Source of the DNA: Azospirillaceae bacterium
Lineage (GTDB): Bacteria; Pseudomonadota; Alphaproteobacteria; Azospirillales; Azospirillaceae
DNA: 64,000 nt
Assembly: GCA_028277115.1 (NCBI GenBank)
Contig: JANQHG010000096.1
Span: 1-64,000 of the forward strand
Reading direction: 5' to 3'
Shown here one piece after another: positions 19,150 to 27,479 of the stretch; position 1 is the stretch's first letter, and the number at the start of each line of letters is the position of its first letter. The notes beneath the pieces were generated by a model, which was not told the DNA's origin, ran no database searches, and worked only from the letters and a program-made list of their open reading frames with translations. The translations under genes were made by a program, and so were the position numbers.

Positions 19150-19533
19150 TCAGGACCTCGCGCCGGCGGCGCCGTCGTCGGGTTTGAGGCCGAGCTCGCG
19201 CAACAACCGGTTGTAGTACCAGATGTTGCCGAGCACCCCGCCGAGCGCGCCGCCGAGCATCACCGCAACCGTGTTCGAGGTGACGAGCGAGGTCAGAATG
19301 CCGCCGACCAGGATGCCGGTCCACAGATGGATCGAATACTCGGTGACCATCCGGTAGACCTCGCCGGCGATGCGGACGTCGAGCTCAAGTGGCGCGACCG
19401 CCCCGGCGTGATGTCCCGGGTCGCTCTCGGCCAGCGCCGGTGTCGCCGCCACCAGCCACCCAACCAAGACTGCCAGAAAGCCCAGTCGTCTGACCACCCC
19501 CGTCTCCCCCGGCTCGGTCCGTCCTCGTCGCAA
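19150..19533 (-). CDS. hypothetical secreted/membrane protein with glycine-zipper TM segment
   Basis: Signal-peptide-like RRLGFLAVLVGWLVAATPALA. GxxxG-rich helix MLGGALGGVLGNIWYYN. An internal GTG (at 19497, RBS GGAGA) is an alternative start. Confidence 0.45.
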   Translation of the reverse strand: MRRGRTEPGETGVVRRLGFLAVLVGWLVAATPALAESDPGHHAGAVAPLELDVRIAGEVYRMVTEYSIHLWTGILVGGILTSLVTSNTVAVMLGGALGGVLGNIWYYNRLLRELGLKPDDGAAGARS

Positions 19534-19612
19534 CTATAAACCCCGCGCCCTGGCGATGGCCAAAGGAAAAGCGGGCGGGCGGGGGTGGCGCGGCCCTCGC
19601 CCGCCCAGCCGG

Positions 19613-20092
19613 TCATCCGCGCGGCGCGATCTGCCAGCGCGCGACCCAGGCGTAGACCACCGCGAACAGGATGTGGCCGACCAGAGCGACCCAGGTGATG
19701 CCGGTGAAGTTGAGGAACGGCGGGTTGCCGGCGACCAGATGGGCCATAATGTAGAGCGCAAAGACCCAGAGCGCGACGCCGTACACCACCGCCGAGACCA
19801 GCCACGGCACCATCGGCAGCGCGCGGCGCACCACCGCGTGCCAGATCATCCACCCGATCGGGTAGGCGACCAAGCCGGCGATGTAGTGGAGCAGATTGCC
19901 ACCCGGGCGATAGGGCTCGCCGAACACGACGCCCCAGGTCTGGGTGGCGAGCGGGACCGGGGCCAGATTGGCAAAGCCGGCGATCGGCGACAGGGCTTGG
20001 CCGAACAGGTCGAACGCGATGGTCGCGGCGGAGCCGGCGATCAACATGGTTGCGATCGCCGACGGGACGTCGGCGGTGTTGTGATTGGACAT
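19613..20092 (-). CDS. hypothetical integral membrane protein (4 predicted TM helices)
   Basis: RBS AGGAGA 7 nt upstream of the ATG. Hydrophobic helical segments throughout. 159 aa. Confidence 0.7.
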   Translation of the reverse strand: MSNHNTADVPSAIATMLIAGSAATIAFDLFGQALSPIAGFANLAPVPLATQTWGVVFGEPYRPGGNLLHYIAGLVAYPIGWMIWHAVVRRALPMVPWLVSAVVYGVALWVFALYIMAHLVAGNPPFLNFTGITWVALVGHILFAVVYAWVARWQIAPRG

Positions 20093-20174
20093 GAAACTGT
20101 TCTCCTGCGAAATGGTTCCCCACTGTCCGTCGGCCGACCCGGTCTGCGGCGCCGGAGTTCGGCCTGCCGGCCGT

Positions 20175-20305
20175 GCGGGGGGCGCTGCCCCCTCGACCCC
20201 CGCCAGGGGGCACGCCCCCCTGGACCCCGACTAATTCGTGGGGTCCAGGGGGCAACCCCTGATCGGGGGGTGAAACCCCCTGACCTGGGGGCGCAGCCCC
20301 CAAAC
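20175..20305. repeat. GC-rich palindromic intergenic repeat, copy C (two tandem units)
   Basis: Contains CAGGGGGCACGCCCCCCTGG, GGGGTCCAGGGGGCAACCCCTG and AACCCCCTGACCTGGGGG, matching copy B motifs. Confidence 0.55.
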
Positions 20306-20508
20306 CTCGGCCGAGACTGGACACACGGCCGGCGATCCGGGGGCGGGCGGCGGCCCACCTCACGGGCGTGTCAACAGACGTGGTCACGCCCGCCGAGCCA
20401 CACGAGAGGCCGATACCAAAAACAGATGCGGGGCCCTTGCGAATCTGGTCTGATAACGGCCTGGATGAACGGAAAGAAAGCTGGACAGAAACCGACGTGC
20501 GGCAACTC

Positions 20509-20646
20509 CCCTTCCGCCGCCCTTAAGGCGGGGGAAGATGGCCGCGTAGCGGCCGGATGGGGGCCGACCGGCACCGCCGTCGGCCCCCTTCTATTCCCCC
20601 CACGTACCGTGGGGGGAAGACTTTCCAATCCCCGCCAACGGCGGGG
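20509..20646 (+). repeat. array of four consecutive strong hairpins in the 5' region of the biotin carboxylase gene
   Basis: Approximate positions. (1) CTTCCGCCGCC-cttaag-GCGGGGGAAG (one mismatch). (2) GGGGGCCGAC-n10-GTCGGCCCCC, 20559-20588. (3) TTCCCCCCACG-tac-CGTGGGGGGAA (perfect 11 bp), 20594-20618. (4) CCCCGCC-aac-GGCGGGG, 20630-20646. Confidence 0.55.
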
Positions 20647-20727
20647 GTGGCCGGGCCGTTTCATCCAGGTCGGGGCGGCCGAAGGCCGGTGGGGAACTAA
20701 CGAAGGGAGGCCTTGAGGGGCGCTGCG

Positions 20728-22737
20728 ATGTTCTCGAAGGTCTTGATTGCCAATCGGGGGGAGATTGCCTGCCGGATCATTCGCACCGCACGGCGGCTCG
20801 GCATCCGCACGGTCGCGGTCTACTCCGAAGCCGACGCCGGCGCGCTGCACGTCGAACAAGCCGACGAGGCCTATCTGATCGGGCCGGCCCCGGCGCGCCA
20901 GAGTTATCTGAACAGTGAGCAGGTTTTGGCGGCTGCCCAACGCTCGGGCGCCGAGGCGATCCACCCGGGCTACGGCTTTTTGTCAGAGAACGCGGTGTTC
21001 GCGCTCGCCTGCCTGCGCGCCGGTCTGATCTGGATCGGGCCGCCGCCGGAGGCGATCCGGCGGATGGGCAGCAAGGGCGACGCCAAACAGGTGATGGTCG
21101 ATGCCGGGGTGCCGGTGGTGCCGGGCTATCATGGTCTCGATCAGCATCCCGAGGTCTTGCTGCAGGCCGCGCGCACGATCGGGTTTCCGGTCTTGATCAA
21201 ACCGTTTGCAGCCGGCGGCGGCAAGGGCATGCGGGTGGTCCGCGACCCCGGCCAGTTCCACGACGCGCTGGCGGCGTCGCGGCGCGAGGCGAGCAGCGGT
21301 TTCGGCGACGACCGGGTGCTGTTGGAAAAATACTTAAACCGCCCGCGCCATGTCGAAATCCAGGTGTTCGCCGACCGCCACGGCCAGTGCGTGTCGTTGT
21401 TCGAGCGCGACTGCTCGATCCAGCGCCGCCATCAAAAGGTGATCGAAGAGGCGCCGGCCCCCGACCTCGACCCGGCGACCCGGCGGCGGATGGGCGCGGT
21501 CGCGGTCCAGGCGGCGCGCGCGATCGACTATGTCGGCGCCGGCACCATCGAGTTCCTGCTCGCCGACACCGGCGAGTTCTACTTTATGGAGATGAACACC
21601 CGGCTCCAGGTCGAACACCCGGTGACCGAGCTGGTGACCGGGCTCGATCTGGTCGAATGGCAGTTCCTGGTCGCGGCCGGCGGCCCGTTGCCGGCGACCG
21701 AGGACGATCTGGCGTTGCGCGGCCATGCGATCGAATGCCGCCTGTATGCCGAGGACCCGGCCAACGAGTTCCTGCCGCAGTCGGGCCGGCTCGACCATTT
21801 GAGCTTCCCGGCGTCGAGCAACCATGTCCGTGTAGACAGCGGCGTGCGCCCGGGCGACCAGATTTCGATCCACTACGACCCGATGATCGCGAAGATCGCG
21901 GTGTGGGACAACGACCGGCCGGCGGCGGTGCGCCGGCTGCGCCAGGCGTTGAACGAGACCCGGGTGGTCGGGCTTGCGACCAACGCCCAGTTCCTGGACG
22001 CGATCGCCGCCCACCCGGCGTTCCAGGCCGGCGACATCAACACCCAGTTCATCGACCGCCACCGCGGTGACCTTCTGCCCGAGCCGGGCCTGGCGTCCGA
22101 CGAAGTCCTGACGCTGGCGACCTTGGGCGTTCTGCTCGACCGGGCCCAACGCACCCGAGCCGAAGCGGCGTTGTCGGCCGACCCGTTCAGCCCGTGGGCG
22201 TTGTCGGACGGCTGGCGGCTCAACGACGTGGCCCACGACCTGATCGCGTTCCGCGACGGCGCGACCGAGCGCCAAGTCCGGGTGATCTACCGGCGCGCGA
22301 GCTATGTGATCGACCTGCTCGACGGCACCCCGGGGGGCGAGCGCGACGCCTGGGGCGAGCTGCTGGCCGACGGCACGCTCGAGGCGGAGATCGCCGGCGT
22401 GCGCCTGCACGCGACCCTGGTGTGGCGCGGCCACGAGGTGACCTTGTTCCACCCGGGCGGCTGCCACCGCCTGGTGTTGGTCGATGTCCTGGCCGAGGCG
22501 GTCGGCCACGAGGTCGCGGCCGGCCACCTGACCGCGCCGATGCCGGGCAAGGTGACCGCGGTGCTGGTCGAGATCGGCACCACGGTCACGGCCGGCCAGC
22601 CGCTCTTGGTGCTTGAGGCGATGAAGATGGAGCACACGATCCGGGCCCCGGCGGCCGGCACGATCGCCGAGTTGCGCTATGGCCCGGGCGACCAAGTCGA
22701 AGACGGGGCGGAGTTGATTGTGTTTGCGGCCGAGTGA
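20728..22737 (+). CDS. biotin-dependent acyl-CoA carboxylase alpha subunit (biotin carboxylase + BCCP; MccA/PccA-like)
   Basis: Biotin carboxylase N-domain (KVLIANRGEIACRIIRTARRLGI). C-terminal biotinyl motif LEAMKMEH. 669 aa. Confidence 0.9.
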   Translation: MFSKVLIANRGEIACRIIRTARRLGIRTVAVYSEADAGALHVEQADEAYLIGPAPARQSYLNSEQVLAAAQRSGAEAIHPGYGFLSENAVFALACLRAGLIWIGPPPEAIRRMGSKGDAKQVMVDAGVPVVPGYHGLDQHPEVLLQAARTIGFPVLIKPFAAGGGKGMRVVRDPGQFHDALAASRREASSGFGDDRVLLEKYLNRPRHVEIQVFADRHGQCVSLFERDCSIQRRHQKVIEEAPAPDLDPATRRRMGAVAVQAARAIDYVGAGTIEFLLADTGEFYFMEMNTRLQVEHPVTELVTGLDLVEWQFLVAAGGPLPATEDDLALRGHAIECRLYAEDPANEFLPQSGRLDHLSFPASSNHVRVDSGVRPGDQISIHYDPMIAKIAVWDNDRPAAVRRLRQALNETRVVGLATNAQFLDAIAAHPAFQAGDINTQFIDRHRGDLLPEPGLASDEVLTLATLGVLLDRAQRTRAEAALSADPFSPWALSDGWRLNDVAHDLIAFRDGATERQVRVIYRRASYVIDLLDGTPGGERDAWGELLADGTLEAEIAGVRLHATLVWRGHEVTLFHPGGCHRLVLVDVLAEAVGHEVAAGHLTAPMPGKVTAVLVEIGTTVTAGQPLLVLEAMKMEHTIRAPAAGTIAELRYGPGDQVEDGAELIVFAAE

Positions 22738-22757
22738 TGCGGTTTCGGGCCGCATCA
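22733..22757 (+). terminator. hairpin GTGATGCGG-tttcggg-CCGCATCAC overlapping and following the carboxylase stop
   Basis: 9-bp perfect stem read directly. No U-tract. Marks the left edge of the low-GC islet. Confidence 0.4.
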
Positions 22758-22811
22758 CGCCGCCGATATCTTCGATCCGGAAAGATCGCGGGCGTCAGAT
22801 AAGGCACGTCC

Positions 22812-23726
22812 ATGGATCAGCTACAACGCTCGATATATACTCTGCGGTTCCAACTCGATTTTCTAAGCAAGCGCGGCACCGAGTTCGAGGACTGGTTCGT
22901 ACGATTGGCCGGGTATGCCTTCGGGGCCGATTTCGAGTCAATTCGCGCCTATGGATCACAGGGCGATCGGAAATGCGACGGACGCCGTTTGAGTGATCGC
23001 ATTATTTTCCAGTGCTACGCGCCACATGGGATGAGTGACGTTCGATTGATCAGCAAAATCAAGGCGGATTTCCACGGCGCCCGGCAACATTGGGGGCAGT
23101 GGATGAAGGCATGGGTGCTTGTGCACAATGATGGGCGCGGCCTGCCGCCGAGGGCCGGTCAGTTTCTTGATCGATTGCGTCTGGCGCACCCCGAGATCAA
23201 GATCGAAACCTGGTCCGAACCGCAGCTGCTGGATTTAGCTCTTGGTCTTGACCAGTCGGGCCTCCACGCCCTGTTCGGCCCTGCACCGTCCATTGCGATT
23301 GTCGATCGGATGGTGATGAACGACTTGGTCCCGGTGATCGACGCCCTTGCGCGGCAGAATGCGGTCCAACGAGACCCGCCCCTCACTCCGCCGACCGTCG
23401 AGAAGCTCTCGCACAACGGTCTTTCCGACGACTGCGCGATGCTCATTCGAATCGGGCGTCGCAAGAGCGGTCTGGTCGAAACCTACCTGTGGCGGTTGCC
23501 GCGGCCCGACCTCGGAGAGCGCATCGCAGATGCCTTTCGCACGCGCTACGCCGAGTTGAAGACGCTCGGCCTTTCGGCCGATGATATTTTCAAGCATCTG
23601 CAAGATTATGCCGGTATGAATGGCGCGCCGGCCCGCCAGGGTGCGGCACTGGCCGTGCTTGCCTATTTCTTCGACTGCTGTGATATCTTCGACGACCCTG
23701 CGGTCGAGGGGGACGATCGACCATGA
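22812..23726 (+). CDS. candidate defense-system effector: N-terminal restriction-endonuclease-fold (Mrr-like PD-(D/E)XK) domain plus C-terminal helical domain
   Basis: FVRLAGYAF...GSQGDRKCDG...IIFQCYAP resembles Mrr_cat (LGY / GDGGIDG / QxK), with Tyr in place of the Lys. ATGA overlap with the next gene. Lower GC than its surroundings. Confidence 0.55.
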   Translation: MDQLQRSIYTLRFQLDFLSKRGTEFEDWFVRLAGYAFGADFESIRAYGSQGDRKCDGRRLSDRIIFQCYAPHGMSDVRLISKIKADFHGARQHWGQWMKAWVLVHNDGRGLPPRAGQFLDRLRLAHPEIKIETWSEPQLLDLALGLDQSGLHALFGPAPSIAIVDRMVMNDLVPVIDALARQNAVQRDPPLTPPTVEKLSHNGLSDDCAMLIRIGRRKSGLVETYLWRLPRPDLGERIADAFRTRYAELKTLGLSADDIFKHLQDYAGMNGAPARQGAALAVLAYFFDCCDIFDDPAVEGDDRP

Positions 23727-23968
23727 TTCTTCCGACCAAGCATGTTCGGCGTGACCGTGCATTGATCGGCGTCGGTGCGGAGGTTCTCCGCCTCTTGGCC
23801 CGCCCGATGACCGTATCGCGGTTGTGGGACGAGGTGCGCGCCCGCCGCCTGAGCCTCGCCCCGCACGCACCGATCACATACCATTGGTTCGTCCTTTCGC
23901 TCGACCTGCTCTTCATGCTGGGTGCGATCGATCTCGACCGCGGATTGGTCCGGAGGCGCTCGGAATGA
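23723..23968 (+). CDS. small helical protein; candidate ABC-3C middle component (LmuC-like)
   Basis: 81 aa. Start and stop both overlap neighbours by ATGA (translational coupling). Position between effector and ABC ATPase matches ABC-3C architecture. Confidence 0.5.
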   Translation: MILPTKHVRRDRALIGVGAEVLRLLARPMTVSRLWDEVRARRLSLAPHAPITYHWFVLSLDLLFMLGAIDLDRGLVRRRSE

Positions 23969-25728
23969 TCCGGCGGATCGGCAGCGACCTCGTGTCCTTC
24001 AAAACCCTGACCTTCCGGCCAGGATTGAACATCCTTCTGGCCGACAAAAGCGAAGGAGCGAGCGATCGGCAATCCCGAAACGGAGCGGGCAAGACCAGCT
24101 TTGTCGAATTGGTCCACTTTTTATTTGGTGCGGATACTGACAAGACCAGTATCTTTCGGTCAGACGCACTGACTGGGTATGTATTCGATGTATCGATTGA
24201 CATTGGTGGTATCAAGCTCACCGCTGCTCGCAGTGGCGCCAAACCAAGTCGCATCTACTTGAATAGCCCGGTTGAACACTGGCCGCACCCTTCGACGATC
24301 GAGCCGCGCTCCGGCCAGATTGGCCTGTCCAACGAGGATTGGAAGGCAAACCTTGGCGCGTTCTGGTTCGGACTTTCAGACACGGCGAGCGACGACCGCG
24401 AGCGTTTTCGACCGTCGTTCCGGTCCATGTTTTCCTACTTCGCCCGGCGCCAGCAAAGTGGCGCGTTCCAAGCGCCGGCTCAGCACGCGGTACGACAGCA
24501 GCCCTGGGATCAACAGGTTTCGATCAGTTACCTGCTCGGCCTCGACTGGACCATCGCGTCTCAATTCCAGGATTTGCGCGGTCGAGAGAAGGTCGCCAAG
24601 GACCTGCGAACGGCGGCACGCAGCGGCGATCTCGGACGATACTTCAGCAAAGCGGCTGACCTGCGCACGCGCCTTGCGATTGCCGAGGATCGGGCCGACC
24701 GTTTGCGACGCGATCTGGAAAAATTCGAGGTCGTGCCGGCGTACAAGGAGCTCGAACGGGAGGCGACCGAGATCACCCGTGAGATCGACGGCTTGAACCA
24801 GGACAATGTCCTTGATGCGGATCTCCGTCGCCAACTGCGGGCGTCGCTCGACGACGAGGCAGCCCCGGACATGGGTGATCTTACCAAGCTTTATGAGGAA
24901 GCCGGGGTGATCTTGCCGCAGTTGCTGCATCGACGCTTCGAAGAGGTCGAACGCTTTCATCGCGCGATCATCAAGAACCGGCGGGCCCACCTCGGCGCGG
25001 AGATTTCGTCCGCCGAAGCGCGCATCGCCGACCGTTACGAACGAATTAGGGAACGCGATCGCCGCCGTCAGCAGATCATGACCATCCTCCAGACCGGCGG
25101 GGCCCTCGAGCACTATAATCAGCTACAAGAAGAAGCGGGCCGCGCCGCGGCCGACGTCGAAGGACTTCGACAAAGATTGGAAGCAGCGGAGAGGATCGAG
25201 AGCACCAAGGCGGAGATTGATATTGTGCGCGCAAATCTGACAAAGAAACTGCGGGATGATATCCATGAACGCAGTGACATTGTTCGAGATGCAGTGCTCA
25301 TGTTCGAGAACCTTTCGGAAGCTCTCTACGAACGAGCAGGGTCGTTGACCATCTCAGAGAGCAATAACGGACCAAAGTTTGAGGTCCATATCGAGGGACA
25401 AAGAAGCAAAGGCATCACAAGCATGCAGGTTTTTTGCTTTGATATGATGTTGACGGAGATCGGACTCCAGCGTAACCATGGACCGGGTTTCTTGATCCAC
25501 GACAGCCACTTGTTCGACGGCGTCGACGAGCGCCAGATTGCCAAAGCACTACAACTGGGCGCCGAACGCGCGGAAGCTGCGGGGTTTCAGTACATCTGCA
25601 CACTCAATTCCGATGCTCTGCCACAGGATGGCTTTCGGCGAGGGTTCGACGTTGCTGACTACGTCATGGATACACGGCTCACCGACGCGACCGACACAGG
25701 CGGCCTGTTCGGCCTGCGATTTGAGTGA
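23965..25728 (+). CDS. ABC-type ATPase with long coiled-coil insert (ABC-3C / Lamassu LmuB-like, DUF2326-like C-terminus)
   Basis: N-terminal FRPGLNILLADKSEGASDRQSRNGAGKTSFVELVHFLFG (Walker A). About 300-aa charged coiled-coil region. C-terminal GFLIHDSHLFDGVDERQ (Walker B/D-loop) and ICTLNSD (H-loop). Confidence 0.7.
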   Translation: MIRRIGSDLVSFKTLTFRPGLNILLADKSEGASDRQSRNGAGKTSFVELVHFLFGADTDKTSIFRSDALTGYVFDVSIDIGGIKLTAARSGAKPSRIYLNSPVEHWPHPSTIEPRSGQIGLSNEDWKANLGAFWFGLSDTASDDRERFRPSFRSMFSYFARRQQSGAFQAPAQHAVRQQPWDQQVSISYLLGLDWTIASQFQDLRGREKVAKDLRTAARSGDLGRYFSKAADLRTRLAIAEDRADRLRRDLEKFEVVPAYKELEREATEITREIDGLNQDNVLDADLRRQLRASLDDEAAPDMGDLTKLYEEAGVILPQLLHRRFEEVERFHRAIIKNRRAHLGAEISSAEARIADRYERIRERDRRRQQIMTILQTGGALEHYNQLQEEAGRAAADVEGLRQRLEAAERIESTKAEIDIVRANLTKKLRDDIHERSDIVRDAVLMFENLSEALYERAGSLTISESNNGPKFEVHIEGQRSKGITSMQVFCFDMMLTEIGLQRNHGPGFLIHDSHLFDGVDERQIAKALQLGAERAEAAGFQYICTLNSDALPQDGFRRGFDVADYVMDTRLTDATDTGGLFGLRFE

Positions 25729-25975
25729 AAGCTTGCCATATCGACGTCCAACAACCCGCCGGTCGGGACCGCCCCGGCCGCCGGCGCTCACCACCCCGGG
25801 TCGGTGCGGGTGCAGCGACCCGGCCCCACCAAGCGCGCCGCGAGCCGCCGTGGGAGATGGATGCCCGCGGCGGATGGGACGGGCCGAACGTCGGTGCCGG
25901 CGACGAGGTGATCGTCGACAGCGTCTTCTCGCTGATCGGGCAGCACGGCCACCAGGCGGTCCCGCCGCCCGGCGA

Positions 25976-27301
25976 TCACGCCGCCTCAGCCCGCCAGCGG
26001 CGCACGGAGAGCGGCTCGACGCGGCCCTTGACCTGGAGCGCCTCGGGCGTGCCGAAGCCGGCGATCTCCTGGTCCGGCAGGAGATCGACGGTCGCGACCA
26101 CCTCGCCCGCGGCGGCGGCGGCGCACAGGCGGGCCGCGGCGTTGACGGTGTCGCCGATGATCGTGAAATCGCGCCGATAGGCCGGGCCGATCGTGCCGGA
26201 GACCACAGGGCCGTCGAACAGACCGATCCCGACCGGCATCAGGTTGCCGGACGCCACCAGCCGCCGTTGGATCGCCAGCGCGGCGTCGAGCGCGCGGCGG
26301 CGGCGGTCCGGGCCGTCGAACCGGGCCAACAGGGCGTCGCCGACCAGCTTGTCGACGTCGCCGCCGTGCTCGCCGACCGCGTCGATCTGCAGCCCCATGA
26401 TCTCGTTCAGCATCCCCATCACCACCTCCGGCGTGTTGTGCTCGCAGTAGGTGGTGAAGCCGCGGATGTCGGTATAGAGCACGGCGCACTGGTTGCGCTG
26501 GCTGGTCGCCTCGCTGCCGGTCGCCGCCCGGACCGCGCGGCTCGCGGTCTGCGAGACCAGCGCCTCGAGCCGCCCCCGGAGCGCCGCGACCAAGGCGGAG
26601 CGGTGATCGAGCGCCCCCTGGGCCCGGCGCACCAGCCGGGTCAAGACCACGACCAGCAGGATCAACAGGACGACGCCAAGCCCGACCAGCGCGAGCCCGC
26701 TCTGCGACAGAAGGCTGTCCAAGCGCTCGGTCGGTTCGTACAACTCAAACACCAGCATCGGGTCATGGTTGGGGTCGCGGTACGGGACATAGAACTCGTA
26801 AAGCGTGGTGCCGTCCGCGCCGGTTTCCGACGACATCTCCGGCTCGTCTTCCGCCACCGTCTCCGCCAGGGTGACGCCGTCGTCGCTTTCGCCGATATCC
26901 TCGTCCTCGGTGCTGAACAAGACGATCCCTTCGGCGGAATAGAGCTTGAGTTCGCCGGTCTGGCGATCGGCACTGGCCGTCAGCAGCGCGGCCAGTCGGC
27001 GCGCCTCGGGCCGCGCCCAGAGCGCTCGAGGATCCTTGGTGGCCAACAGCTCATACCAGAGGTCCGGCGCGGCCGCCCGGGCGATCCGGGCGATCGTCGC
27101 AGCGCGGGTCTGGGCGGCGTCCTTGTGGAGGCCTTCGACGATCGACACCGTCGTGAACCCGATCGCGATCGCAAAGACCGCGATGAACCCCACCAACAAC
27201 GGCAGCACCTGGCGGAGGAATCGCAGCCACAGCGGGAACGCCGCCTCGTAGTCGTCGCTGCCGGCGGGCGCGGCCGCCAGACTGATGTCAGAGGTGGTCA
27301 T
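25976..27301 (-). CDS. membrane-anchored class III adenylate/guanylate cyclase
   Basis: Two TM helices flanking a periplasmic region. Cyclase domain (AVLYTDIRGFTTYCE...VGDALLARF...GPVVSGTIG). ATG at 27301 with GGAG RBS. Confidence 0.85.
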   Translation of the reverse strand: MTTSDISLAAAPAGSDDYEAAFPLWLRFLRQVLPLLVGFIAVFAIAIGFTTVSIVEGLHKDAAQTRAATIARIARAAAPDLWYELLATKDPRALWARPEARRLAALLTASADRQTGELKLYSAEGIVLFSTEDEDIGESDDGVTLAETVAEDEPEMSSETGADGTTLYEFYVPYRDPNHDPMLVFELYEPTERLDSLLSQSGLALVGLGVVLLILLVVVLTRLVRRAQGALDHRSALVAALRGRLEALVSQTASRAVRAATGSEATSQRNQCAVLYTDIRGFTTYCEHNTPEVVMGMLNEIMGLQIDAVGEHGGDVDKLVGDALLARFDGPDRRRRALDAALAIQRRLVASGNLMPVGIGLFDGPVVSGTIGPAYRRDFTIIGDTVNAAARLCAAAAAGEVVATVDLLPDQEIAGFGTPEALQVKGRVEPLSVRRWRAEAA

Positions 27302-27479
27302 GGGCTCCGTCTCCATGGCGAAAGCGGTTCGGCGAGCGGTCGATCCACCGGGGATGTTCCGTGGGCATCGACTGGGCGGGGTCGGCCGCGCCAGTTGGCC
27401 TGAGCGCGCGGCCCGCGTGCAAGCACGACGCAATGACGATCGACGATTCGTCGCGCAGCGGTTGGGTATGCGCCGTTGA

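Noticed and set aside
3222-20305. Possibility that the G/C-run repeats constitute a CRISPR array
   Set aside because: The copies are kilobases apart, not tandem. There are no regularly spaced repeat-spacer units and no cas genes.
22745-25740. Interpretation of the islet as a type I restriction-modification or SMC/condensin locus
   Set aside because: No methyltransferase or specificity subunit is present. The ATPase has an ABC (not SF2 helicase) Walker A/B arrangement. The tight three-gene coupling and small size fit ABC-3C/Lamassu better.
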